Notes: generated from the sequence alone by a model not told the origin. Shown: positions 1 to 11,894, counted from the stretch's first letter. The stretch is 64,000 nucleotides of DNA from Eledone cirrhosa (GCA_964016885.1 OZ024740.1:121148001-121212000), one strand, 5' to 3'. Program-made: numbers and translations.

Positions 1-19
1 GTCTCTATGCACCACCTAA

Positions 20-235
20 GAGAACATTAGTCTACGACCTCTTTTATACCATAAACGTAGTTCTGTCTTTCGCGTAATTGTTTTTCACCGCTCCTATTAA
101 TGACGTATTATTCGTTTTTTCCCGTTCTTTGCCAGCGAACGTTACCACGAACCAAAGTATCGTCTTCCTGTCTTCCTCCAGTTGCATCGTTTTTTGAAAT
201 ATCCAGTTCTGCGTTTACAGATTGACTTCGTTAGT
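20..235. repeat. Dispersed repeat, inverted homolog of about 35190-35400
   Basis: e.g. ttataccataaac / gtttatggtataa and accaaagtatcgtcttcctg / caggaagacgatattttggt. Confidence 0.6.
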
Positions 236-384
236 TTCAGAAGATCCCGTTAAGGGTGAAAGCAGCGATTCTTTGCTTAAACTTTAATCTGTTATTTTAA
301 TAAATATAGTTTAACTATATAAAGTTTTAACTATATATATATATTGTTATACTTTGGGAGGGTCATGTTGCCAATTCAGAAACG

Positions 385-420
<36 letters not shown>

Positions 421-421
421 T

Positions 422-459
<38 letters not shown>

Positions 460-460
460 G

Positions 461-555
<95 letters not shown>

Positions 556-558
<3 letters not shown>

Positions 559-845
559 GGAGGTCATATAACTGTCCATGCATTAATAAATTGCTCCGAA
601 GAATCCAAACCTCGGTTTGGAGGAAACAGCTGTAAGCACAATAATGTTTTGAACAGTTCTTTGATTCTTATATTTCATATAACTGCTCTGTAAATCATCT
701 GATGTTTTTACATTGAGCTACTTAACTTACTGGTAATAAGGTAGTAATACATTACTGCCTACCACTATTTAGGGTGTGTGTAAAATACTTACAACTGCTT
801 AAGGTTTTGTGTTTACATAACCATAAATAGTATAACTAATACTAT
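556..845 (+). repeat. 5' pseudo-LTR of the PLE (direct repeat of 4734-5023)
   Basis: aaaggaggtcatataac...taactaatactat matches 4734-5023 with no difference seen by eye. Confidence 0.95.
592..638 (+). ncRNA. Minimal type I hammerhead ribozyme, U4C core variant
   Basis: tgct-CCGAAGA-a tccaaacc tc ggtttgga g-GAAA-c agct g-TA-agca; stems I, II and III pair; palindromic stem III loop; GUA cleavage triplet. Confidence 0.75.
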
Positions 846-887
846 TAACTGCTCCATATCGTTGAGCTGACATATAATATTGCCAAT

Positions 888-3425
888 ATGCTAATCAAAG
901 ACCAACTCCCCATGTCAACCAAGAACATACCAATACCATCCAGGAATACATATGAGAAATTGCTGATCAACAGTGTAAATTCATTTATCAATAGAGTGAG
1001 ATGGAGGACATTCCATTATGATAGAAACAAATCTAACAACTTGAATAATACTAACAATTTTGACTCCTTCGGCTTTAAAACCTTTAAAAGCCCCCCTCAT
1101 AACACTCTACTTAACTCCTTTGAAAATGACCTAGTTAAACTAGTTAAGAACATTAAATACAATAAGCACCATATTAGAAGCAACACCTTCTTAAACAAAC
1201 TTAACACTTCTATTAGTGGATTCAAAACTAGTAATAAAATTATTGTACACGCAGATAAAACTAATAACATATACAGCCTAGATTATATTACTTATAGAAA
1301 GTTTATATATAATGAACTACATAAAAGCTACAAAAAAACCACCTTGAAAAACTTAGAAGATATTAATGTAGAGGGTTATAATATAGTGTCTAAACTAGGA
1401 CTACAGAGGCATACACAACCTTTCACTCCGAACCCCCCTAGATTCTCTCTGAAGGACCATAAGGAGAACTTCATCAGCAACCCCACGATAAGACTTATCT
1501 GCCCTTCCAAGTCCGACATTGGTATTATCAGCAAGAAGATTTTGGATAAAATCATCCCACAAATTAAACACAAGATACACCTTAAACAATGGGGAAATAC
1601 GGGTGAAGTAATTGAATGGTTTAAGGATATCAAGAATAATAAGAACAACAAATTTATTCAATTTGATATCAATTCATACTACACCTCTATTTCCCCTATC
1701 CTATTAAATAAGGCACTTATCATGGCCATGACCAATAGCGACCTGACTAGAGCCCAGGTTGATGTCATCCTTGCGGCCCGTAAAACCATAATCACCTTCG
1801 AGGACCAACTATGGACACGCAAGGATACGCACAACAACTTCGACATAACCATGGGATCTAGTGACTCGGCGCAGGTCACTGATTTGGTCGGCCTATACCT
1901 CCTCAATGAAATCCATAAAGACCTCCCTTACCTCAACGGTGGTTTGTACCGCGATGATGCACTTCTACTCATAGAATATAAAAAATTTAATATAGAAAGA
2001 ACTAGAAAACAACTGCATAAGACATTCAAAAACTTTAACCTTAGTATCACCATGGACAAAAACACTAAAAATGTTAACTTCCTAGACGCCACACTATACC
2101 TAGACTCAAAAATATATACACCTTTCCATAAGCCTAATGAGAAACTTATTTACGTAGATACCAAGTCTAATCACCCTAGATCAATATTAAACTCTATCTC
2201 TAAGGGGGTGTCCAATAGAATCTCTAGTCTGTCCTATGACGCAAACATATTTAGCAAAAACCCACAATATTACAATCAAGCATTAGCTAGCTCCGGCCAT
2301 AATATAGAAATTGAGTTCCTACCTAAGAAAACACATAGCTACAACATAATCTCGCACAACATGTCCATGAGGAAATCTAATAATAGGAATAGCAACCACA
2401 AGTACACCAAAGCGGAGGGTGCCACAGGAAGTAACCATTACCATGGAAACTACTGTGAGGCCTTAGGAGGAAGCAACACACCAAACACTAAAAGCAAAAA
2501 TAGAAGAAGAAATAATACATTTTTCAACCCTCCTTTCAACCTAAATGTCTCCACCAACATACCTAGGGCTTTCTTCTCACTACTAGATAAAAACTTCCCT
2601 CTAGGACACAAGTACCACAACCTCTTAAACAAAAACACCATTAAAATCTCATACTCTACGACGCCTAACTTAGCATACCACATAGCTAGCAGCAATAATA
2701 GTAAAATTAGTTCTTACTTCCAACAAACAAAATTACAACAGGATGCAAACCCTCTAAATACCACTGTAGCAAGCAACAATAGCAACGGCAGTAACAATAG
2801 AAATAACACTAGTATAAGTAATAACACCAGGGTTGCCAACCCGAACACCCAAAATCCTATATCCACCACACAGACTTCCGCATTGCATTATAACCAGCGG
2901 ACTAACGCACAGAATAATTGTAACTGTAGAGCTAATAGAACCTGCCCTTTAGATAAAAAATGCCTAACCAAGGATGTCATATACTCATGCACAGTCACGA
3001 CTAATAACTCTTCAGAAACCTATGTAGGCTCCACTTCTAACTGCTTCAAAATCAGATATAACTCGCACATCCACTCGTTCAAAAAGCACAGCCTAGCCAA
3101 CTCCACCTCACTTTCTAGCTACATACACTATCTAAAATCTAAAAATAAACCATACACACTCAAATGGGAAGTGATAGGCAGCGCGACCTCGTACAAACCA
3201 CCTAATAAATTCTGTAACCTCTGTATACTAGAGACACACAATATTATCTTCTCCAACCGTAACCTACTTAACAAAAAATCTGAGGTGTTTGCAACTTGCC
3301 AGCACCGCCTCAGACATTCCTTCCTATATATAGCAATGTCGGACTGGAACCTAACACCACATCTAGCATCAAACACCAGAAACACACCCTATACTACATA
3401 CCCAACACTAGCTGATCCATTATAA
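888..3425 (+). CDS. PLE polyprotein: reverse transcriptase + thumb + CxCx5C linker + GIY-YIG endonuclease (845 aa, uninterrupted)
   Basis: RT motifs ADKTNN, FIQFDINSYYTSI, TMGSSDSAQVTDLVG, GLYRDD, VNFLD, SNHP, FFNPP; CNCRANRTCPLDKKC; VIYSC..TYVGST..FKIRYNSH; CNLCILE. Confidence 0.95.
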   Translation: MLIKDQLPMSTKNIPIPSRNTYEKLLINSVNSFINRVRWRTFHYDRNKSNNLNNTNNFDSFGFKTFKSPPHNTLLNSFENDLVKLVKNIKYNKHHIRSNTFLNKLNTSISGFKTSNKIIVHADKTNNIYSLDYITYRKFIYNELHKSYKKTTLKNLEDINVEGYNIVSKLGLQRHTQPFTPNPPRFSLKDHKENFISNPTIRLICPSKSDIGIISKKILDKIIPQIKHKIHLKQWGNTGEVIEWFKDIKNNKNNKFIQFDINSYYTSISPILLNKALIMAMTNSDLTRAQVDVILAARKTIITFEDQLWTRKDTHNNFDITMGSSDSAQVTDLVGLYLLNEIHKDLPYLNGGLYRDDALLLIEYKKFNIERTRKQLHKTFKNFNLSITMDKNTKNVNFLDATLYLDSKIYTPFHKPNEKLIYVDTKSNHPRSILNSISKGVSNRISSLSYDANIFSKNPQYYNQALASSGHNIEIEFLPKKTHSYNIISHNMSMRKSNNRNSNHKYTKAEGATGSNHYHGNYCEALGGSNTPNTKSKNRRRNNTFFNPPFNLNVSTNIPRAFFSLLDKNFPLGHKYHNLLNKNTIKISYSTTPNLAYHIASSNNSKISSYFQQTKLQQDANPLNTTVASNNSNGSNNRNNTSISNNTRVANPNTQNPISTTQTSALHYNQRTNAQNNCNCRANRTCPLDKKCLTKDVIYSCTVTTNNSSETYVGSTSNCFKIRYNSHIHSFKKHSLANSTSLSSYIHYLKSKNKPYTLKWEVIGSATSYKPPNKFCNLCILETHNIIFSNRNLLNKKSEVFATCQHRLRHSFLYIAMSDWNLTPHLASNTRNTPYTTYPTLADPL

Positions 3426-4733
3426 CACAAACAACGACATCCCTCTGGAACCCTTCGCAGGGAAAATACCCATTTATACCTCTACGGCAGGTGTGACAAC
3501 ATCCACCCACTTGATGGCACTACACCGCTCTAAGGGTAATTTGAGCATGAATTGATCGGTTGGATGGTGTTGGGCAGAGGAAACACCTTCCTTAGACAGA
3601 TGTAAAATGATTTAATCGAGTAGCGCTGTTGACCAGTAGGACCGGGCTGCTGAGCGCAGTGAGTGAATGCAATGCAACTGCCGTGCGGGTTGTACGTATA
3701 TGGATGATCTGACGGTCAGAGAGGGGTCGCGAGGACTGCGGATTGACCTTTGGCCTGCCTGGGGACGATTATCTTTCGACATCCAATGTAGCAAGCGATG
3801 ACCCAGATCTTACCAGAGATCATTGGGTCCTGAAGCAATCCTGCAATCACCGCGCCTGGTCATATGAGCAGACTACAACCACAGAGATCATTAATTTAGA
3901 ATCCTCGCTCATCATCTATAATTTCCATTTGTAGCACCTTAAGATGGGTTAATCCACCTTAATAATAATATGATCACCTTCAGCATAATTTAGTTAAACT
4001 ACTCTATAGTTAGTACACTTTATGCTTTAAAAGTCTCTCTTGGAAGGTGCACCTCACCATAGAATTTAGGGTCTATATTGGGACACATTTTAATGGCTAG
4101 ATATAGAAACCCCAGAGTTACCTCCCCGCATGCATTAACTCCCCTTAGCCACACACACACTTCCGGTATTCAATGGCGTTTCTCGAAACGTAACAACCTC
4201 CTGTATCGAACTAAAGAACACCAGACTACGATCTCTAACTGGATTGTCGTGGATTATGTGAAAGGCATATAATCGAAATGTACACTCCCTTGACCATGAA
4301 AATGCCGAAGTACATGAATTACTTGACATCCCTGCGCTGTGCATCTCCAATACTTATAACACTTTTAATGCTTGCACTATCTTTAATGCTTATAATATTT
4401 CTCCACACACAGACTATATCAATCATATAAAGACTTTGCCACCAGACCTACCAACCTAACACTCTTATTTACCTACCTAAGTGCCTCTACCACACATATC
4501 TCTCTGCCACACTATATAAACAAGACGCACATGCGTGCCACACATATAACATTTGCACTATATAACCACTTATCTTCATGTTGTACTTTAACCTATATCT
4601 TTGATTTTTGATTGTAATATAAATGTAATCTCGAAGTGTGTACTGCCACTCTAAATTCTGTAATGAATGTTGACCCACAATGTTTGAATATGTATCAATG
4701 TTTGAATATGTATTTGGTATGTCTCTCGGCTGA

Positions 4734-5017
4734 AAAGGAGGTCATATAACTGTCCATGCATTAATAAATTGCTCCGAAGAATCCAAACCTCGGTTTGGAG
4801 GAAACAGCTGTAAGCACAATAATGTTTTGAACAGTTCTTTGATTCTTATATTTCATATAACTGCTCTGTAAATCATCTGATGTTTTTACATTGAGCTACT
4901 TAACTTACTGGTAATAAGGTAGTAATACATTACTGCCTACCACTATTTAGGGTGTGTGTAAAATACTTACAACTGCTTAAGGTTTTGTGTTTACATAACC
5001 ATAAATAGTATAACTAA

Positions 5018-5023
<6 letters not shown>
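4734..5023 (+). repeat. 3' pseudo-LTR of the PLE
   Basis: Direct repeat of 556-845, runs into (TA)n. Confidence 0.95.
4770..4816 (+). ncRNA. Minimal type I hammerhead ribozyme, U4C variant (3' pLTR copy)
   Basis: Identical to 592-638. Confidence 0.75.
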
Positions 5024-5058
<35 letters not shown>

Positions 5059-5356
5059 AAATTAAGATAAATCAAAGTGAATTTAATCTAAATCAAATTT
5101 ATGGGTGCCATGCCAGAAAGGCATGCGCCATATCACCCATAAAATAAGGTCCAAGATTCGAATGAATAGGTCCGAGCATTTTATAACAACTAGAATGGTT
5201 TACCATTCGATTAATCATATTATAGGGTATCTATTTTTAAAGTTCTAGTTAACTTTATTTAGTGACCCACCTAGCTATGTGTGCTTGCACACTTGTAAAA
5301 ATTATCCCCTGTGATTTTTTCATATGTTTATTTATATGTTAATCAATTTCTAGTTG

Positions 5357-5436
<80 letters not shown>

Positions 5437-5475
5437 ATGAATATAAATATATATAATATATATATGTATAAGTTT

Positions 5476-6003
5476 ATTTTAAAACTACTCGGTTGAGAAC
5501 TTATTCGATTTGTGCTATTTATGCTATTTTTCGCATGATTTACACTAACTGAATTACTTTGCCAAAATCTGGCGTTATTCCCCTTGTGACTCCCACACCT
5601 GGTTTAACTTACCACCGTGTCATTCAATTATTTGATACAGAGCGAAATATCTGTTGATAACGTGATATTCCTTGTTCGATCATTATACACAAAGCTTATA
5701 TTTTTATGCAGACTGTATTTTGATTTAGGTGTCACAGAAACACTACATCGGAATTTAACAGCAATTCCGTGAGTTCAGGTCTGGCTATCATTTATTTTTT
5801 ATCATTTATTTTGTTTTGACCTGTTTAGCTTGATTTGGTATTTGGCTTGGGTGGTTAATGCCTTCTTGACCACCTTTTCAGTTTTGTATGGATTCTTAAC
5901 ACATATCACTTGATTTTACCTATTGAGTACTTTGCCAGTATCATTTCTGATTTTTGCGTTTCGCTTTGCTTTTCCTGCCCGCCGAAATGCGATTCTCGCT
6001 GCA
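5476..6003. repeat. Dispersed unclassified repeat (copies at 22140-22655; partial copy at 21897-22060)
   Basis: Shared ttttaaaactactcggttgag...cccgccgaaatgcgattctcgct. Confidence 0.7.
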
Positions 6004-6095
6004 TCTTTATTTGTATATATCTATATAAATAGATTTAATATATATATATGTATATACATATATATATATATGTGTATATAAATATATATACAATG

Positions 6096-6150
<55 letters not shown>

Positions 6151-6151
<1 letters not shown>

Positions 6152-7473
6152 AAAGACGTAAAGTAAGAAAATTAAAAAAAAAAATTTTAAAGAATTAACT
6201 TACTTACTTAAATTTTCACTCCAACTAATTAGTTTCTGCAATGGGATAAAGACAGTTACGTAATGAACTATTGAGAATTTCATTGCGTCATCAGGGAGGT
6301 CTATTCTCAGCCAAGTCTCCAGGCAATGCGCGGACACTGGGGACTCATATAAACATTATAATAATTCAGTAAATGGAACAGCTATCGAGGACTGGATTCC
6401 AGGCACTGAAAATTCTCACTGCCACTGGTCAAATGGCCGATTCTAAAGAATCAATCACGTGACACAGAGGCTAGTCAGTAGGAATGGGATGGTAAGATGA
6501 CAGACGCCTACTAACACCCCCCAAAAAAAATTTAGTAGTGGTTTTGGCAGGTTTGCTCGACAAATCAGTGATTTGGAGATAAATATAGACAATTTAATAT
6601 ATCTACTAACATAAGCGTACAGATGTACGCTAATGCCAGCAAATACACAGGTTATGTCATAGTACATAGGTGGTTCAATGCAGGAGGATGCAGAACAATA
6701 ATATAAAAGACGTAAAATAAGAAAATTAAAAAAAAAAATGGAGTGAAAATTTAAGTAAGTAAGTTAATTCTTTAAAATTTTTTTTAGAAATTTTCTTATT
6801 TTACGTCTTTTATATTATTGTTCTGCATCCTCCTGCATTGAACCACCTAGGTACTATGACATAACCTGTGTATTTGCTGGCATTAGCGTACATCTGTACG
6901 CTTATGTTAGTAGATATATTAAATTTTCTATATTTATCTCCAAATCACTGATTTGTCGAGCAAACCTGCCAAAACCACTACTAAATTTTTTTGGGGGTGT
7001 TAGTAGGCGTCTGTCATCTTACCATGCCATTCCTACTGACTAGCCTCTGTGTCACGTGATTGATTCTTTAGAATCGGCCATTTGACCAGTGGCAGTCAGA
7101 ATTTTCAGTGCCTGGAATCCAGTCCTCGATAGCTGTTCCATTTACTGAATTATTATAATTTTTATATGAGTCCCCAGTGTCCGCGCATTGCCTGGAGACT
7201 TGGCTGAGAATAGACCTCCCTGATGACGCAATGAAATTCTCAACAGTTCATTACGTAACTGTCTTTATCCCATTGCAGAAACTAATTAGTTGGAGTGAAC
7301 ATTTAAGTAAGTTAATTCATTAAAATTTTTTTTTTTAATTTTCTTATTTTACGTCTTTTATATTATTGTTCTGCATCCTCCTGCATTGAACCACCTAGGT
7401 ACTATGTTATAACCTGTGTATTTGCTGGCATTAGCGTACATCTGTACGCTTATGTTAGTAGATATATTAAATT
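6151..7473. repeat. ~552-bp unit as ~1.06 copies then ~1.3 inverted tandem copies, between microsatellites; retrozyme-like architecture
   Basis: 6151-6738 is the reverse complement of the unit starting at 6739; tggagtgaa recurs at 6739 and 7291; HHR-like core at 7205-7242 (+) and 6272-6309 (-). Confidence 0.8.
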
Positions 7474-7499
7474 ATCTATCTCTCTCTCTCTCTCTCTCG

Positions 7500-7545
<46 letters not shown>

Positions 7546-7549
7546 GTAC

Positions 7550-7651
<102 letters not shown>

Positions 7652-8141
7652 GTTGAACAGAATATATACAGTGCCTCGTACGCTGAACTTGTAATTATTA
7701 AGTTGTGATTTACATCCCGGTCTAGGCAATGCGTTGTTTTGAGCCAGACACGTTGATCCAGTTTACGCAGATACAGAAATGTGTTGTCTCTCCTTCGGAT
7801 AAAATCGCTGGTGTGGCGAATGGACAGCGATGTGCATCGTGTATGCTGGTCTTCAACAAACAAACTTGCCTAGAATTGTGCCTCGGTGGGGAACTTTCTA
7901 GCTGAAAATCCAGTGGTAATTTGTCAGCGAAGGAGAACTTTTCCCTTGACCCATAATGTTGTGTAGTGGTAAAATATGGCAAGGTGTTGTATTTAAATAA
8001 TCAAATATGTTATTACAGTTTCAGGGAGCAAACATAAAATGCATCTATATATAGAATAATCGATAGCCGATATGCAACTCTACACTATTTCAATATTTGC
8101 CTCAGGGAAACACATTCTGCTGTCTGTCCTCATCAGAAACA

Positions 8142-8246
<105 letters not shown>

Positions 8247-8590
8247 TGTGTCTGTGTGTGTGTGAGTGTGTCTGTGTGTGTGTGTTTCTGCGCGCGCAGA
8301 AACACACACACATATATATATATTTTTTGACAAGTGCCAGCAGCTTCCTTCTAATAAATTCTACTAAATCACACACACATGCATACACACACACACCCGC
8401 GTGCGCATGCGCACACACACATACATATATATATTATTAAGACCAAGTATTGTGTCTCGTTACACAGGAGTTTCACCTGCTTATCAGGTCATCGGATGAA
8501 TCTGTGTTAAGGAGGCGAAAATCCAGTTTAATAAAAACTACTCTTTTAGCTTTAAAATGAATATTGAATCTCTACTTCGGTATTCAGTGC

Positions 8591-8664
<74 letters not shown>

Positions 8665-8723
8665 ACTCTCTCTCTCTATCTCTCTCTCTCTATATATCTC
8701 TCCCTCTCTCTCTCTATCTCTCT

Positions 8724-8776
<53 letters not shown>

Positions 8777-9656
8777 CGAGGTGTGTCAGAAAAGTTCCAG
8801 GACTGATGTCACAAAATATTTATTTAAACCCAGACTTCACACTAAGGATTTTCTCCTTAGTAATCACTCTGGAGTATATAACTGTAATCTTAGCTCTCTG
8901 CAGCGATCAAACTTTTTTCTTCATAATTTTATATACATGTCCTCTGTTTCAGGTCATCAAGCAATGAGCACAGAGCAACGAACACACTGGAAGTTTCTGG
9001 TACGGTTGGGGAAACTCCGTCAGAATCACTGTGTTTGCTGAAGCAAGTGTATGGAAATGAGACGATGTCACGATCACGTGTTTTTGAATGGGGCAGGATG
9101 ACCCCAGGAGCCTCAGGCCCTCAACAACCAGGACTGAGGTCAACGTTGAGCGCGTCAGGCAGATGGTGCGTAGCGATCGTCGGCTGACTGTTCGAGTGAT
9201 GGAAAATGAGCTGGGCATGAATCGGGACAGCAAGTGGAAGATTCTCACTGAAGATTTGGACATGCAGAAAGTCTGAGCGAAGATGGTGCCAAAACTGCTG
9301 AACGATGACCAGAAGGGTCGACGCATGCTATTGTGCCAATACATCATCGAGCATCTTGAAACCGAACCAGACTTACTAGGGACAGTCATCACCGGTGATG
9401 AGTCATGGATCTTCGAGTACAACCCGGAGGGGACCTGTTTTGAAGACGTGGACGACATCAAAAGGCCGTGACGACGGAACTGCGGAGGATCCCGGCAGAA
9501 TCCTTCCAGGAGTGCATGCAAGCGTGGCAGAAAAGGATGGAAAAGTGCATTATACTCCAGGGGGATTACTTTGAAGGAGAACACTCTTACTGTGCAGTTT
9601 GGGTTTGAAATAAATATTTTGTGATATCAGTCCTGGAACTTTTCTGACACACCTCG
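8777..9656 (+). mobile_element. Internally deleted Tc1/mariner DNA transposon
   Basis: ~55-bp TIRs (cgaggtgtgtcagaaaagttccaggactgat / atcagtcctggaacttttctgacacacctcg) in TA context; transposase remnants VRQMVRSDRRLTVR, VPKLLNDDQK, VITGDESWIFEYNPE. Confidence 0.9.
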
Positions 9657-9804
9657 TATATATATATATATATATATAAATAAGTAAGATGTATGGTAGG
9701 ACGTATGTGAATCGCGATGATAACGTCTGACTTACCAAATATGTGACGGTAGCTAGTTAAGCTCTATGCGTATACGCAGAGCAGAAACTATATATAGAGC
9801 AGAA

Positions 9805-9868
<64 letters not shown>

Positions 9869-10397
9869 AAGAAAAGAAAGATATGCTTCTATATGGATAG
9901 GTGTGAATGTGTGTGTGTGTGTATGTATATTCGTGTATTAGAAACATATACACATTTAAACCATGTAACAAACCTACCCTTTAAACTCTAACTAATTCTG
10001 ACAAAGAAAATTTCAGAATTCAATGTGACGCATTTTATAGGACGAAACAAATATGCTTGTGTTTAAATATCATGCATGCTGACTAGATAGAAGGAGATAT
10101 AGAGTAGAGTATCTTTTAGAACTAATAACACACTCATGGAACCGAGATCTTTTCTATATTGTAGTTGTGATGGACACGTTTGGAGAGAATTGAATAATTT
10201 AGTTGGCGCCGAACAACTAATGAATTGCTATAAGAAAACTGTCGAAAGTCTGTTTGGTTTGCGAGTCACGTAAACGCAACAGGCAAGTAATTTAGGCCTA
10301 ATTTCTATCGTCGGCTTGCGATCACGTCTTACGAGACTAACATTGGAGAGATATCTATCTATCTATCTATCTATCTATGTCTCTATCTATCAATCAA

Positions 10398-10432
<35 letters not shown>

Positions 10433-10837
10433 AATTGTCTATCTGAGTGTGCCCCTCTCTCTCTTTATTCATTTTTCTCTGTTTCCTCTCTCTCCCTCTC
10501 TATTTTTATCAATCTATCTGTCAATCAGCTTATATGCCTGCCTATCAATATACCTAGCTGAATGTAGTATGTTACTCTCTTTCTTCCTTTCTCTCACACT
10601 CACTATCTATCTCTGACTATCTATATACATTCATCTAACATCTTATATGTCTATTTATCTATCTACTTGTTTATTTATCATCACTCTACTGTATATTGAT
10701 TTAACAAATTATTACTCGCACTTTCATACATGTACACTCACACACACGGGCGCACACACAAATGTATATACACACGCATATATATATGTATATATATATA
10801 TATATATACATATATACATATGGATATATATGTATCT

Positions 10838-11840
10838 CTAGATCGCACAAGCTCTCCCCCTCTCTCTCTCTCATTCTCTCTCTCTCTCTCTTTCCCTCGA
10901 AATCGCACCTTTAATTTCTCACTGGACTTATCTATCTCTCTCTTACTTTCTAACATTTTCCCCACCCTTCCCGCTATCTTTCTCTCTCTCCTCTCTTCCG
11001 TCTCTCCTTTCTCTCTCCTTTCCTTTTCTTTTTAACTCTTTCTAGATCGCACAAGCTCTCGCTCTCTTTCCCTCTTTCCCTCTAAATCGCTCCTTAAATT
11101 TCCCACTGGATTTATCCCCCTCTATCTCCCTCTCTAATATTTTGCCCTACCCTTCCCGCTATCTCTCCCCCTCTCTCTCCCCTCTACAGCGAATTGGACT
11201 CCATGCAGGGAAGAAACGAAATTAAAAGCCAGCGAAATTGGTCAAAGATAGAACTAGAGGTTTTGATCAAGGGGTGGAGCCTGGCTGATGGGTCACCATC
11301 AAGCAAAAATATTGCGGAGACTCTGAAGAACCATGGCTTTCTCAGGACTTTGGCGCAGATAGACAGAAACAGAAGAGAAATTGTGAGGGCCTATGTCCTT
11401 ATAGCGCCACTCATGGCTATGCTAAGCCGTGTCCTCAAGGAAGAGAAAAACGGGAAGAAAGAAAAAGAAAAGAAAGAAAGCACAAGCACGGACATGAAAG
11501 AAAATGAGATACCCGCCTCCACAGTCAGGGAAGGCAGGCCGGGCAACCAACAGGCAAGCGGTAAAGGTGAGAAGTGAAATCACGTTCCAAAGTAAACCAA
11601 GCAAAGAGGGACCAGTGGACAACTTTCCAAAGGAAGAACAGAAGGCGCCGAGAAACTGGGAGCAAGAAAACCCAGGTTACGTGCAAGTTCTTCAGGAACG
11701 GGACCTGCTGGCATGGAGAAACAGGGACACGCTGTAGATTCTCTCACCGTAGGCCCCAAGCGAACTATGCCTAACCTACTACACAACATACCCCAGACAA
11801 AACCAGAACCGATGCAAGCTGACACAGAAATATGCTGACG
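10838..11840 (+). pseudogene. Probable LINE 5' UTR plus ORF1 fragment (Myb/trihelix-like start, CCCH zinc finger), frameshifted
   Basis: Two ~200-bp pyrimidine-rich units (ctagatcgcacaagctctc at 10838 and 11042); RNWSKIELEVLIKGW; CKFFRNGTCWHGETGTRCRFSH in another frame. Confidence 0.45.
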
Positions 11841-11894
11841 TCACGCGTGCCGCTCCAATAAGGAGAAGGCACGCATATGCCGACGAGATACAGA

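Larger units (their letters stand above)
556..5023 (+). mobile_element. Full-length Penelope-like retroelement (Hydra-type, C-terminal GIY-YIG) with pseudo-LTRs, inserted in (TA)n
   Basis: Intact RT+GIY-YIG ORF 888-3425; 290-bp direct repeats 556-845 and 4734-5023, each carrying a hammerhead motif; (TA)n on both flanks. Confidence 0.93.

Noticed and set aside
354-693. ORFs rich in YI, CV, HT, LS or ER dipeptides here and throughout the window
   Set aside because: Translations of (TA)n, (TG)n and (TC)n microsatellites, which lack stop codons
888-3425. Selenocysteine-recoded (Naiad-type) PLE
   Set aside because: The ORF has no in-frame TGA and the endonuclease is C-terminal; stops in other copies are mixed types with frameshifts, i.e. 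decay
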